A stretch of DNA of 64,000 nt from NCBI RefSeq assembly GCF_963921235.1, contig NC_086106.1:23250001-23314000 (forward strand), written 5' to 3'. The DNA comes from Mobula hypostoma. Lineage: Eukaryota. This document shows, in pieces, positions 50,500-64,000 of this stretch. Every line of letters begins with the position of its first letter. Positions within the stretch are counted from its first letter, which is position 1. The notes below the pieces were generated by a model. It had not been told where the DNA came from. It was given only the letters and a program-made list of their open reading frames with translations, and searched no databases. A program made the translations under genes and the position numbers.

Positions 50500-51180
50500 G
50501 CGACGGCAGCGCGCGCTGCCACTTCGGTTGTGATGTCTGTTATCTGTCAAGTAGGGGATCGTCCACGATTCTGATTTGATGGAGACCGACGTGAGAGTAC
50601 GGAGGAACATCTGAAAAACTTCTGAAATGTCTGCTTCTCTGCTGTTGCAGCTGTGTGGTAACCGGTATCTCCGGAGCAGAAGGCCCCGAGATCCTCGGCT
50701 TTGCATGTTTTAGCGGCCGAAGCGAGGTCGAAGGCGTTTGGCAGAGGATGGCGCTCGGCAGAGGATGGCGCTCGGGACGCTGTATCGGAGAGGCTGGTCG
50801 GAACCTCGAATTTTTCGGACGGATAGACTCAGTGCCGGCTGTGTTCGGCTGCCTCCAAGGCATCGGCAAGTTGACGGTGCCTGGAGTTTTATGGCAAGGA
50901 ATTTCTCCCTTTTGCCGCCTGCTATCGGGGACTCGGGAGTCGATCGACTCGGGGACTTTTTTGACTTTATTTACCGTGCCCATGGTTTGTTTTTTCATCA
51001 CATCATGGAATTGTTTTGCACTGCTGTAACTTATGTCATAATTGTGTGGTTCTGTCACTGTTATTCTTTGGTTTGTCATGATCTCTGTGATATCACTCCG
51101 GTAAAACATTGTATCATTTCTTAATGTATGTATGCATTTCTGAATGACAATAAAAGAAGACTGAGTGTTCTCATTATCTC
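50500..51180 (+). mobile_element. Unclassified retroelement (family of 5764-6180)
   Basis: Shared 3' block; GC-rich 5' part begins near the palindrome GGCAGCGCGCGCTGCC (50505-50520). Confidence 0.5.
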
Positions 51181-52845
51181 ATATACCTGCCAGTCATGCC
51201 GACCCACGGGTACATGCTAATATTTCAAAGTGTACCAAGTTCTAGTTTCTTTATTTTTTTTTCAGCAAAAGTGAAATATCGCCCTGACTGTTAACCGGCG
51301 CTCCAAGACATCCTCTTTGACACCAAAGAGCTTCGGTTTGGGGAATTTCTTAATAATCTGCAGCCACTTCTCGACAAAGTCCTTTAAAATACGATTCTTC
51401 TGCGATTTGCTTCAAAAACGGTTGATAACTTTTATATCTGTTGACTAGACTTCTTTCAGGGCTGTTCGAATAATCCTGGTTGCCATTGGAAATCTGCTTA
51501 AGAAATAAAGATTGAACCCATCTTTTGGAGCTTCAATGCTCACTAAAGTAGCTAAACCAGATGCAAGGCCTGGCGTCACAACAGCTCCATCTGTCCAAAG
51601 GGTACGCATTTGTTGTGTCCAGTCGAACTCCTGTTTGGCTAAAAACGTTCATAAAGCGTCGACGTGTTTTGTAATTTTCTGTAATGGATGCATAAAATAG
51701 GAATTCATCTCGAGCAGCATCATCTTGCGTAAAAAGATTAAAACAAAAAAAAACTCACAGCACTGAAATGCATGTAGGTACATCCAATAGCACGCTGTTG
51801 GAAATTGTGAGGCTGCCAATGTCTCAATGTCGTGCTGTGAAACGAGAAAAGAGATATCAAATATTCTTAAAAAGTATAACATTGCTTGATGAAGGGACAC
51901 TTTACAGTTTACCTTTCCCCTCAATTATAGTCCATCTGGAGCTCAGCCACTTGCAGTCCACATCGATTTACTTTAATCTCTCCCATAGTGTGAAGCTTAT
52001 TTTATTTGGCAATCTGGCATGCAGGTTTATGTGATTGTTTCATGAAAGGGTTGTCGTTGAACGGTAAATTTAAATATTCAAACTCACAATTATTTCCAAT
52101 TTAACTTTCTACGAAGACAAAAACGAACGCAGCTCAGTCGCATTTTTGCATGGACTGACATCAGGTGCGCCTTCGGTTCCGTTATCACGTCACATACATG
52201 ACATATGCGACTTTTATAAAGAGTGTTCGACATACGTCCTTTCCTTCAATATTACAATTTCAAATATTCTACTCAATTAACTTTTTTTTTTGAAACCAAT
52301 ATCATTGCATTTCGGAATTAATTTCTTTAGTAAATCACCAAACGGAAGAAATCGGTATGCTAATTAAGTGAAGTTTAAGACGCTTTCCAAAACTTGTCCA
52401 ACAAGTAAGGAAAACACGGCAGGTTTTGCAATTTTTCGGAATTTTAACATTGTTCCTGGTTTTTCGATACTTAGATAGAGAAAAGGGTTAGAACAGTATA
52501 TCACGCATTGTGTTCTTCTTGGAATTCGGCCAATTGTTGCTCTACCGGCGCGTGGTACAATGAAAAGCCGCGCAGATTGGAGGAAGAACAACTTTATATT
52601 TCTCTTGGGTAATTTCCAACCTAATGGAATGAACATAAGCTTCTTGAGCATACGGTAATGCCTCGCCCTCCCCCGGTAACATTAACTTTACTTGTGCTCT
52701 CCTCTCGTAAATTACTTGCAGATCAACAGAGAAGTCTGCGAAAATACCATCACTCGCTCTGCGGTGATCTCTGTGAAAGTTCACCATAGCCACGTCACGG
52801 ATATGAAGAGAGAGACAGAGACGCGGGAGAGGGAGGGGTGGGGGT

Positions 52846-52887
<42 letters not shown>

Positions 52888-55800
52888 CCGTCAGATATTC
52901 TGCAATTGCTCAGGAGAGGGCTTTAATTCACCACAGAGAATTAGAAAATATAGTCGCATCATCTCTTTTGACATATGCATATTATAAAAGAGATATGAAA
53001 ACCGGAAACGATGCTGTGAGGGATGCATTCCGCAAACGTGCAAAATTCGTTTTAAACACCGGCACATTAAACAAATGGATTATAGACTTAGATCTGTCAA
53101 TGATATTTGCATTTTAAATCACATTTGCTCTTATTATTGTTTTTCTTTCATTAAAAAGTCCCTCACCGTTGATGGCACAGAAATGACTACAGAATATACG
53201 ATGAATGGAATATAGCAATGCACACAAAACGTTGAAGCAAGTAAACAGGCCAGGTTGGATGAAGAAATAGAAATTGAAAGCATAGGCAATTTTGAGAGTA
53301 TACTTCATGAAGATGTTGGAACGTTTTCCTATCAGCACAGAAGAAAAACTTTCAATTTCCAAGGGAGGTACTAACAAGGCAGAAGGGAACAGAGACCAGT
53401 TGCAGAGGTCGTGCTACTTCTACCGAGAGACTGATGGAGAGAATAAAGTTCAATACCATGTTCACAGTGACCTCACAATGGACAGACGGGGAGTCTGTTT
53501 CTCTTGAGGCAGATGCCTAGCTTTGTTCGGTTTCAAACTGAAGACACTCGCTAAAAGAAAAGTGATCGCGTGGTCTCAAGAATGAAACAGACAATATATA
53601 TATATATATATATATATTCTTCTTTTTATAGCAACGATTTTCACCATACGATGTTAAAGTGGAAGAGTGAACAGTAAATGGTTAACCTTACAACGACTCT
53701 GTTTTCATTGGTTCCGGTTTAACTTGGTGTTTAGTCAGAGTTTCAACACACTACACGAGAACATTTCAAAGCAAAAGATTATTCCCTGTTTTTTTTTTTC
53801 ACAAAGGATAGATTATATGACAGGTAAACTAATTAACAGTCTTATAATAACTAGGGACTTCGAAAATTAAGTCTGATTATGGGTGCGTATTCCATTATCT
53901 TTGTTTGAAAGATTAGTGATGACACAAGTTGTAGTTTGGTTCATAAACTGAAATTATGAGGCGTTTCCTCAAAATGGAAAACTGTTTAGTCAACTACCTC
54001 ACTCTTTCAGACATGCAACTTCCCATATTCTCCTCTGAGTTTTGATGAATATATGACTTTGAAATAGTTGCATAAAACACTCAATCTGATGTAGATATCT
54101 ACGCACTTGGAACATACGCCAGCACAAATAATAAGCAGAAAAACATAATAATGGAGAAAACTGATCTAATCACCAATACAGTTCGTAACAGTCTGCAAAT
54201 TACCACTGAAAATTTGGCTTTATCATTGTACGTTTCACCCCGCTGCGGTGGGGAAGGACAATGATGCAGGGCGTCCCAGTGTGAGTAAAACAATCCTCAG
54301 CATTGAGAGTAACCTCGTCATCCCTCTTTGCATCCACACGAAACATTAATTGCAAACAGTGTTAACAATAGACAGAGCCATCAGAGACTACATACTACAC
54401 AGTTGAATAACACGCCATGTTGCCAAGTAAGAACATATATTTTAACAGGTTTTCAATTTATTCGACGAGAACTTCCAATACTGGCAACACTAAATATAAA
54501 AGAAAATAGGCCAATTCAATATCACGAAAAACATTTAATTCAGTATGTATTTAATCTAATCAAACACAATCAGACACCATAGTCTTAAAGAGACACAATT
54601 TAATTGGTATTGTACGCCATCGAAAATATAATATGGTTAATAAAGTTGTGTGATATTAATATATTATGAAACACAGGGATTAACGCCGTATTCTCATTAT
54701 TGAAAGACAATGAAGTTCATGACGCTTGCAATTCAGTGTTCTGAGCTTGATGTCGAATTATATAGACTTCATTCCGACTGAGAGAGTTTTCTGGAGCAGA
54801 ATAGCACCTCAGAAACGACATGTTTTCCAGCCTAAGAACAACTAACACAATCCATTTTAAAAGATGCAAATCAGTACTCTGTTGTATCAAACTGATCTTC
54901 ACTGAAATTATGTTGAAATGAGTATTCATTAAAATAAATTATGCATTCATCAAAGGCTCTAAATTGAAGGCCGAGGCAGAAAGCCACGCAAGAGACATGC
55001 TAACCTTGTTTTGCACTTTCAGCTTTCAGCTGCCTTCTGGCGGTACTGTGCTGCATAATACTTTACCAAGTATTAGCTGCTCTGAATTCACTGGTGAACA
55101 CGGAGAATTTGGTAATAGACTGTCCCTCTGCCAATTTAAACGGACTGTTTCATGCAGAGCTTTGAAGTGGGTTTCAAGTGGGAATCTTCTGTGATTTTTT
55201 CTCTCAATCATACTGCCATGCATGGAGCGTTTGCTGATAAACGATGGGGGCACGACTTGCCTTCACGGTGCAGTGAGCACAATGGGTGAATTTTTTGTAA
55301 AGGATAGCATTATTAATACGAAAGTTGATTCCGCTAACATCAGTTAAAATTGTTCTCAGAGAATGACTGTATTTACAAATAAGTACTTCTTCTCAAAACA
55401 AACTCATTCGTCACCTTCCAGCTCTTTCCTCACGTGATCTCTAAGTAAGCCCAGATGCACTAAAGAACACTTATGTCGCGTTTGTTTTATTCCAGCACAA
55501 GAAATAAAATCAGGGAAGGCAGGTGCCTGCGAAAGTAGGGCACTCTCCTTTTACAACGCAGAAAGATTTATTCCAGCCCCTGTGTTCTTTAGCGCCCACT
55601 AAAAATATACGGCTGTGCAGATTAATGAAGACTGTTCCGAACAAAGGACTCTGTTAGGGTAGTGTTCTGGTGGTATGGATCTATCAAAGTGCCAGGGCAA
55701 AGAGTAGTACCTGCTCATCCACCAGATTTGAACGTAATACAAGAAATAGGAGCAGCAGTAAACCACCTGACCCATCAAGCCTGCCCCACTATTCAATAAG

Positions 55801-56751
55801 ATCATGACCATGGACTCATCTCCACCTACTCGGTTCCACCAATAGCCCATAATTCTCCTACTATGCATAAAAAAAACGATCCAACTTTGCCTTAATTATA
55901 TTTACTCAGGTAGTCTCCAGTGTTTCATTGGGCGAAGAATTCCACAAATCCTCCACTCTCTGGGAAAAGCAGTATCTCCTCATCATGGTACTAAATATGC
56001 TCCCGCGATGCTTGAGGCTATGATCCTAGCTCTAGTCACACCTACTAGTGGAAATAACATTCCTCAGTCTCTTTCGTCTATCTCTTTCATAATGTTATAT
56101 ATTTTCGATAAGATCTCCTTTCATTCTGCTGTATTCCAACATGCACAGGCACAGACCACTATATTTTTCTTCAAATTATAAGCAACTCCTCTCTGGAATC
56201 AGCCTAGCGCCTTTTTGATTGGTTGCTGCACCTGAAAACTCACCCTTTTGCGATTCATGCACAAACGCTCCCGTTCTTCTATATAACCGCATGCTGCCTG
56301 AATTTTACCTTTAAAAAAAAATGCACTTCCAATTTACTTCGAATGTAAATAACTTTGTATTTGCCAACATTGAACTCCATTAGCCAGACCCTTACCCATG
56401 CATTAGACCTATCTTCATTTTGCGGAAGACTCTTCGTGTCCCTTGCACAATTTGCTTTTTCCACTCAATTTAGTGCCATCAGCAAACGTAGAATCACTAT
56501 AGTCTATCCTTTTAACGAGATTGCTAATGCATATCATGAAGAGTTGCGGGCCCAGCACCAATCCCTGCGGCACACCAGTTACCATTGATTTCCAACCAGA
56601 ATATAACCCAAGTATCCAACATGCTTTCTATCAGTTAACCACTCCACTTTCTATGCTCATACATTACCCTGACCTCTATGCACCCTTGTCTTATGGATGA
56701 GTCTTTATGTGGCACCTATCAGGCCGTTTTCTGGAAATCCAATAAAATAAC

Positions 56752-57260
56752 ATAGAAACATAGAAACATAGAAAATAGGTGCAGGAGTAGGCCATTCGGC
56801 CCTTCGAGCCTGCACCGCCATTTATTATGATCATGGCTGATCATCCAACTCAGAACCCAGCCTTCCCTCCATACCCCCTGACCCCTGTAGCCACAAGGGC
56901 CATATCTAACTTCCTTTTAAACATAGCTAATGAACTGGCCTCAACAGTTTGCTGTGGCAGAGAATTCCACAGATTCACCACTCTCTGTGTGAAGAAGTTT
57001 TTCCTAACCTCGGTCCTAAAAGGCTTCCCCTCTATCCTCAAACTGTGACCCCTCGTTCTAGACCCACCAACATCGGGAACAATCTTCCTGCATCTAGCCT
57101 GTCCAATCCCTTTAGGATCTTATACGTTTCAATCAGATCCCCCCTCAATCTTCTAAATTCCAACGAGTACAAGCCCAGTTCATCCAGTCTTTCTTCATAT
57201 GAAAGACCTGCCATCCCAGGAATCAATCTGGTGAACCTTCTTTGTACTCCCTCTATGGCA
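56752..57260 (-). mobile_element. Young 5'-truncated CR1 insertion, present only in unit B
   Basis: (ATAGAAAC)n tail; flanked by AAC duplication; the empty site in unit A reads AAAATAACGTCCACC (~40010). Confidence 0.85.
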
Positions 57261-57729
57261 AACGTCCACCTTTTCCCTTCTATCCACCACGCTCGTAATA
57301 TCTTCAATGATCACCAATAAGTTTGTAGAACAGAATCTGCATTTGTTGGATTATTGCCGCGTCTGTCTGATGGATCTGCTTATTTCCAAATCTCCATTTC
57401 TTCAATGATAGCCCAAGCTTTTTCCGAAACACCGATGTGTTTTGATAGCTGCTATGAATCCACTAGAACTGGTGCTTGATTGTAGGATAAGCAGCTGTTG
57501 CATATCCCAAGTCGCGTGAGCAGTGACGCAACGGATACAAAACCGGAAGACTACTGATTTTGGCGATTGTCACTTGTCTTATCAAGACACAACCCAGAAG
57601 TACAACATAACAAACTCATTATTTTAAAAGCAACAAGAACAATCAGGGCAGAAATCATGACTGCCCGCATCAGACGAAACGACACATTTTGATGTTAGTG
57701 ATGGCCATGTTAATTCAGTTGTCTAATTA

Positions 57730-58530
57730 TCTCAACATTAGTCATAATCATAGTCATATTTTATTGATCTCTGGGGAAATTGGTTTTACTTACAGTTGCA
57801 CCATAAATAAATAAATAGTAATAAACTCATAAATAGTTAAATTGTAATATGTAAATTATGCCAGGAAATATTGGCTCAGGGTGTCTGACACTCAAAGGGA
57901 TGAGTTGTAAAGTTTGATGGCCACAGGCAGGAATTACTTCCTATGACGCTCTGTGTTACACCTCGGTGGAATGAATCTCTGGCTGAATATACTCCTGTGC
58001 CTAACCAGTGCATTATGTACCGGATGGGAGACATTGTCCAAGATGGCATGCAATTTGGACAGCATCCACTTTTAAGACACCACCGTCAGAGAGTCCAGTT
58101 CCATCCCCACAACATCATTAGCCTTACGAATGAGATTGTTGATTCTGTTGGTGCCTGCTACCCTCAGCCTGCTGTCCCAGCACACACCAGCCAACATGAT
58201 CGCACTGGCCAACGCAGACTCGTAGAACATCCTCAGCATCGTCCAGCAGATGCTAAAGGACCTCAGTCTCCTTAGGGAATAGAGACGGCTCTGACTCTTC
58301 TTGTACACATACTCAGAGTTCTTTGACTAGTCCAGTTTATTGTCAATTCGTATCCCCAGATATTTATAATCCTTCACCATGTCTACACTGAGCCCCTGGA
58401 TGGAAACAGGGGTCACCGGTACCTTAGCTCTCCTCGGGTCTACCACCAGCTCTTCAGCATTTTTTTTTCACATTAAGCTGCAGATAATTCTGCTCTCACC
58501 ATGTCACAACGTTTCCTACCGTAGCCCTGT
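57730..58530 (-). mobile_element. Rex1/Babar-type LINE 3' fragment (paralogue of 40500-41320)
   Basis: YKKSQSRLYSLRRLRSFSICWTMLRMFYESALASAIM..VCWDS. Confidence 0.75.
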
Positions 58531-59062
58531 ACTGAAGATGCACATCGGCAGAGTATAGCTGGATTTCACAATACTACATGTGTGTTTCTCGTCAACGATA
58601 CTGTGTTTTCACGTATGCTATGTGGACATGTTTGTCCTATAGAACAATCAGGTCCTGCATTTCGGCATAAATTTATGAGATTCGGTAACATCTGTGTCAA
58701 AGAAAACAGAGTTATTTCTTACACGATAACCCGGAGGCATTTTTAAGAGATGCCACTTAACCTGGAAACATCTTCCGTGACATTGCTTCTCTTATTACAG
58801 ACAGAAATGACGTGGATTGTGCATAAAATAGGAAAGAAAGATAAAACAATGATGATCTTGATTTACCAATTACCGGTCAACGTGCAGACAAAACAACCAA
58901 TCACTTCGTTTATCTCCTTGTCTGTCTCTCTCTCTCTTTCTCGAAGAACCAATCATGAGCATCTGATGGAAGGAATATTTCGATCGCATTTCTGTAAACC
59001 AGTCAGAACAGCAACATCAACACATTCCACCGTTGCTTGTCGTAATCGACACGGCAGACAAC

Positions 59063-59503
59063 ATGTGGGCAATCCGATTTTGGGCACTAATACTTATGCC
59101 TGCACTACCCGGTATGTTCAATTTACAATATTCGTGCGCTTCCTCTGGGATATCTTTCCCTTGGGAAATGCTCATAAGTTTCTTATTTTCTTCCAGGCGC
59201 GAGTGGTGAATATTTGGTAATCCAGGATCCGGCAGTAATTGCGGTTCAGGAAGGTGAAAACGTGCTGCTGAACTGCAGCTACCCTGCAAAAGCTGCCGAC
59301 ACGCTGTTCTGGTACATGCAATATCCTGGACAATCTCTAAGATATTTATTGATGATATACGCAACAGGGAATGGTGGAGAGCGATCGCCTGATTGCCCAG
59401 ACAGGTTTTCGGCCGCAGCAGACAAAGGAAGTGCGACGGTTCCTTTCAGAATATCTGCTGCTCGTATCTCTGACTCTGCCGTATTTTTCTGTGCCATGAT
59501 GCC
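59063..59503 (+). CDS. TRAV: T-cell receptor alpha-like V segment, copy 3 (leader 59063-59111, V exon 59197-59503), apparently functional
   Basis: Identical leader exon; CDR1 AKAADTL, CDR2 region MIYATGNGGERS; Cys, Trp and Cys intact; GT-AG sites intact. Confidence 0.9.
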
Positions 59504-59542
59504 CACGTTACTGCCGAGCTATAGAACGCCACTACAAAAACC
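59504..59542 (+). other. 23-bp RSS, heptamer CACGTTA
   Basis: Identical to 2936-2974. Confidence 0.9.
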
Positions 59543-62500
59543 GTTTGTAAAATGTACAATTTGCAGACTTCAGGGGGCAGCATACAGATAATGTTGGGTC
59601 CGCGGCACATTTTGCAGGATGATACAGACTGAAACACTCACCTCAGTCGAAATTCATCGTGTGTTTACGTTAAGACATTGCAGCATCTCGAGCTGCTGAT
59701 CTGAATGTGTAGAAGTCCTGGACAAAAGTTTAATTGATTAACCTTCGTTTGACTTGAGTGATGAATTTATAGCGATACCAAACACTACAGTGGGTGTTTA
59801 CATATTGTCTTCTATTTTTAGGTACATGCTACAGTCACAGTCCGAATAACAGTCTAACAGAATTGTCACGATATTTAGCCATAGCTCGCAGTTCCTCTGA
59901 ACGGCTAAGTTTCCATAGTCTTGGGAACTCATTTCGGAAATATAGACATTTCTCTCAGTCACTGTTGCATCTCTTGCCTGATGCGTTCGTTTGCCTCCAT
60001 GCTTTTTTTTTCGCTCTCATGAATGGCTCAGAAAAAGTCGATTCCCTACGTTCAATGACAACATAAATGGAGCCATGGCGCCGTTTAGTTCTGCTGTTTT
60101 AAGTTATTGTGTGGACCGATAAATCCTCGCTCATGAAGTCTGTCAAAGAACACTATTGTTAACTATCGTAGGATGAAACTATTTGGTCCTCCATTCAAGG
60201 AAGGGAGCACAGAAATAATACTTAAATACAAAACAAATATGTCAGTGCAGTTCCAGCAGCGACGTCCGCTGATGCATGTTTTGCCTTTCCGAACAGTCCA
60301 TACCGATCTGGAGGAAATTTGGCCCATTAGATTTCACATTATTGTAGTTAACCTATGCATTTTCAGCAAAATTGGATTTGTTTCTCTTGAAGAGGAGAAC
60401 GTGCAGACGGAATGGAGAAATTTGAATAATCAGTTTGAGGCTGCTGAAAATTGTATCATTTTAATATTGGTTACGCTTAACCTTCCCAACCAGACTATGG
60501 AAATGTTTGAGCGGTTGGAACAGCTTATTTCGGAAGTTCTTTCGTTCAGAGCCTGTTTATTCTGTTTCTGCAGGAACTCAGTTTGTTGCAAAATAACCCC
60601 TTCCCTTCAAATACAGAGAAACGGCTAAACGCGTATCTTCTCTTATTCCTTATTATTTTGATATAGCCAAATATCGGTACCAGTGATGCCCAAAATAAAT
60701 GAATCTGCTGGACATTGCAAAGATTAAATTAAAGACTGCCCGTGTTTCCACTTCTTCAGAATCTTTGTCATTTCCATGAAGCTCCTGAGGATCAGATTCG
60801 CTACTACAATGGGTCTTGATGTTGGCAAAAAGCAGCAAGCTTAGATAGCACAAAACCACGAAGATTAGTTGCAGTTCAATCCAAAGACAATACAGCATGA
60901 AGACGACACGCCAGATCTTCGTGACTTAACAGCAACAAACACACTGAATGCGACACATATAATGACAATAAGACAGGCTTTCTGATACTCCTCATACAAT
61001 GAACATTGAATCGCTGCGGGTTCCTCGAACGGAGGGTCCAGTGTGTACTGTTTCCACAATGCAGTCTCTCATTATTATTGCGTATAATTTTTGGAACAGC
61101 CGACAAGAGTACAGCAATATTTTAAAATATCTTAAATTGACGATGTTTCCTCATAAACAACGGTTTAAAAAATATGCACGCTGAGGAAACTACGAGGAAC
61201 AGTGGTTTCCCAAAATCAAACAAAGAACGTGCCGAAATATTTTGTAATAGGTTTAAAAGCGGAAATTGTACTCGCAAGACCCTCCATCTTCTGCACAGAA
61301 TTTATTCTATTTGCATCTGTCTCCACTATTAGCAAAATCCGATTACTGCAAACAGCTTGTGAACAAGTTTCTTTGTTTGTAATAAATTCAGGTATTCAAG
61401 ATTTTATGAAACTTAATATAATCAGAGATTCGGTTCATTCGGCTTCAGTCGCAGCGTGCCCAGTTTCTCTCGGTAATACTGATCTAGCAATCCCACAACT
61501 GAGAAGTCCACTGGTTCAGGTAGCATCTGCGAAAATGAATAAAGTTCCGACGCTTCGAACTGAGATGCTATATCAGGGCTAGGAAGGAAGCGGAAGGAAA
61601 CCCAAAATGACATGGTGGGGGACTGGGACAATTACAAGTGGAAGGTAAAAGGAGAAGCCAGGTGACGGGCTAAGTTCCCTGATAGGGAACGGAATGTGGA
61701 GTGATAATATGGGAAAAGATAGATGGAACATATATATGGCTGCAAAAGAAGAAATCTGATTGTTGCGAAGACAGCATCATTGGAATATGAGAACACGGTA
61801 TATGAGACGGATGTGGTAGGCAGAAGGCGTAAGAAGGGAGACAGAATGTGAACTGAAAAACGAGAGAATGAGTGGAAAACAAATATTGGACGTTGTAGAA
61901 AATGATATCTATGGCGTCCCGTTTGAAGTTACACGAACGGAAGAGAAGGAATTGGACAAATTTTGGTGAATAAAATAAGGAAATATTACTCCCAACATCG
62001 GCCAAAATAGCAAAGGAGGCTTGTTAGCCTTTAATTCTCTCTGGTATAATGTATGTAAGAGGTATCTTCAAATTTGTACACGAATAACTCTAACTGTTTT
62101 GAATAGTAAATAACCTTCCGAAGCATGGACAAACAGATGACTTACTTTCCGATATGTTAAGAATCTTGAAGCATTATGTCAAAGAGTGTGTGTGTCCCAT
62201 TTTTTTTTTTATTTTGCATTCCAGTTCACCATGTTGCAGTCATTAAACATACAGCTCTATTTATTGTGATGAAAGGCGATTAGCGACTTCAAAATATCTT
62301 TTTAGCATTCAACTCGTCCCTTATTTCCCAATGTTATCGTCTAGGGGCTGCGGCTGATGCGCTCTAGTTTCTGCGTTTTGAGGTTCATCGTGATATCAAT
62401 CATAGAGAAAAAAAACACGTCGACCAGAAGCTGGAACACTTGTGGATCTGTGCCTGCCTCGCTGATGTCAAAAGTTACCCACTGTTTAAGTTTTTATCGA

Positions 62501-64000
62501 TATCCTGAATCTCTAATGTAAAGTTACTATTATCCAATGAAATGCACTCTGTACGTCGCCTCTCACTTAACCTCGTCCTCCCGAGTACTGAATCTGCACA
62601 ATCTGTCACTAAATTATTCGTTGGTGCCCTCTACTGTTGTGTGCAAAGATCTGCTCCCTGTACACTGTGTGGTTGTGCGGCTTCTCAGTAACTAATTTAC
62701 ACCCGCGCACCTAAATTTGCTGCCAAAGAACTGACATTTTATTTCATATAACATCAACATAATTTTCAATTTGTGCCAATTGAAATTAGAAATCTATGTT
62801 AATATAATTTAGAAACATAGTGGATTGATTGTGTAAGGAATATAAAATATAAATACTGGAAATAATTAAACTTTCAGACATTTTATAGATTCAGTATTTT
62901 TAAATTGACAATGTTTCAAGTTAAAAACACTGTTGCAAATTTTAAGAACAATCAAAGAGTGGAAATGGATAGCTGATTGATAATAATTCGCCAGCCCGCT
63001 GAACATACATGCTGCGTAGTTAACTATATTCGTTTTCTCATTGTGCCTATCAGTGTTTGATATCATTTACGTATGTTATGATATGTTGTTTGTGCTTGTT
63101 CAATATGAAAATATCCATATTCTGACTGTTTTCAGTATTTCTATTAAAAAAGAATCAAATTATAATTGCATTTTTTTCTTAAAAAACTTTCAACTAGTGA
63201 TTATATTTTCTTTCCCTTCTCAAATGATAACGTGTGTATTTTTTTTTTCATATTCAGGACGTCGATAGAAAAAAAGAATGTCCAAAATAAACTCCAAATG
63301 AGTGAGAAGCAAGAGAAAAACTAGTTGCCTGAATGAAGTATCTGACTCTGATATTGTAAAATTGGAAAATAATTACAATACCTTCACTATAAAAAATATT
63401 CCTTCTGTGCATGCAGTATAACGAAAGTGGCCAAATGTGTAATTATACCAGAGAGTTGGTGGGGTGAGAACTGTGATTTGGAAGATTGCAAATGACGTAA
63501 AACAAATTTGTACAGAGAATTTTAACATTGGACTTTAAAATTCGACTGGACATGAACAGAACAATGAATCAGTGTCTGTGACATCTTCGAAGCAATCCGC
63601 ACTTGCCAGCAGGACAATAGTTGAAGCAGGAAAAAATAAATACCAGCAATTAATTAATATTTTTTAAAAAATGATTATATTTAAGTAACATTGAGCAAAT
63701 GTAATGCTTAGAGTGAAAGATTGATGGTGCTGCAGTCATTTGCCAAGAAATAAAGCATCTGTCTGCTCAATATTAGGTTGTCCACAGATAAGGCAGTGCA
63801 CAGGCAAAAACAAAAGAAAAAAGCAAATACAACAACCTCTATGCAGTGCATCAGAACATTGCAAAGAAAAGTACATGTATTGTTCAGTTGGTAGTCGGTA
63901 AAAGATAGAAAAGCTAGAATACTTAACTCATGCATCATTATGTAGTGTGATCTTAGTTTGAACACGAAACAAAGTATTAAGGCTGTCAGAACGTCTTCTG

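Larger units (their letters stand above)
52947..64000 (+). repeat. Tandem segmental duplication unit B (continues off window)
   Basis: Colinear with 36956-~46835, roughly 90% identity by eye, with a unit-specific block at ~53530-54420 and a CR1 insert. Confidence 0.93.

Noticed and set aside
55044-55280. Possible very decayed V relic on minus (VLT/CTV..VYQQ..ITKFSVFTSEFRAANT, then CACAGTA); paralogue ~38330-38570
   Set aside because: Multiple stops, no Trp or second Cys, no nonamer at 12 or 23 nt and no leader. It cannot be distinguished from chance without an HMM search.
1-64000. D, J or constant-region exons; NAR-TCR or IgH-like (TAILV) V segments
   Set aside because: No 12-RSS-flanked D, no FGXG J with upstream RSS and donor, no C-domain exon and no convincing VH/NAR-type V were found by eye.

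Overview
This is eukaryotic DNA from the V-segment region of a T-cell receptor locus, most likely TCR alpha/delta of a cartilaginous fish. The taxon is inferred from the V-segment style and the CR1/Rex1/Penelope/SINE repeat landscape. Five V segments were found, each with a leader exon, a short phase-1 GT-AG intron, a V exon and a 23-bp-spacer RSS. Three are intact paralogues of one TRAV-like family on + (2495-2935, 41844-42284, 59063-59503). They share a non-canonical heptamer CACGTTA, a perfect nonamer and an extra FR3 cysteine. One TRAV/DV-like segment on - (9294-9745) is intact except that the conserved Trp is replaced by Gly. One pseudogene V lies on - (30432-30917). No D, J or C segments were found. 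The three paralogues sit in segmental duplications: a ~16-17 kb-period tandem pair at 36956-47120 / 52947-64000 and a third partial copy at 2152-5763. Copies 1 and 2 share a ~1.2 kb apparent gene-conversion tract spanning the RSS. The rest is mostly retroelement-derived: a young SCAN-type gag Gypsy element and its solo LTR (both inserted just upstream of V leaders), a second Gypsy LTR family, several CR1 LINEs, Rex1/Babar, a HERO-like RLE element, Penelope fragments with decayed hammerhead motifs, and tRNA-SINEs. There is one 140-N assembly gap. All percentages are hand counts and repeat-family names come from motif recognition, not database searches.
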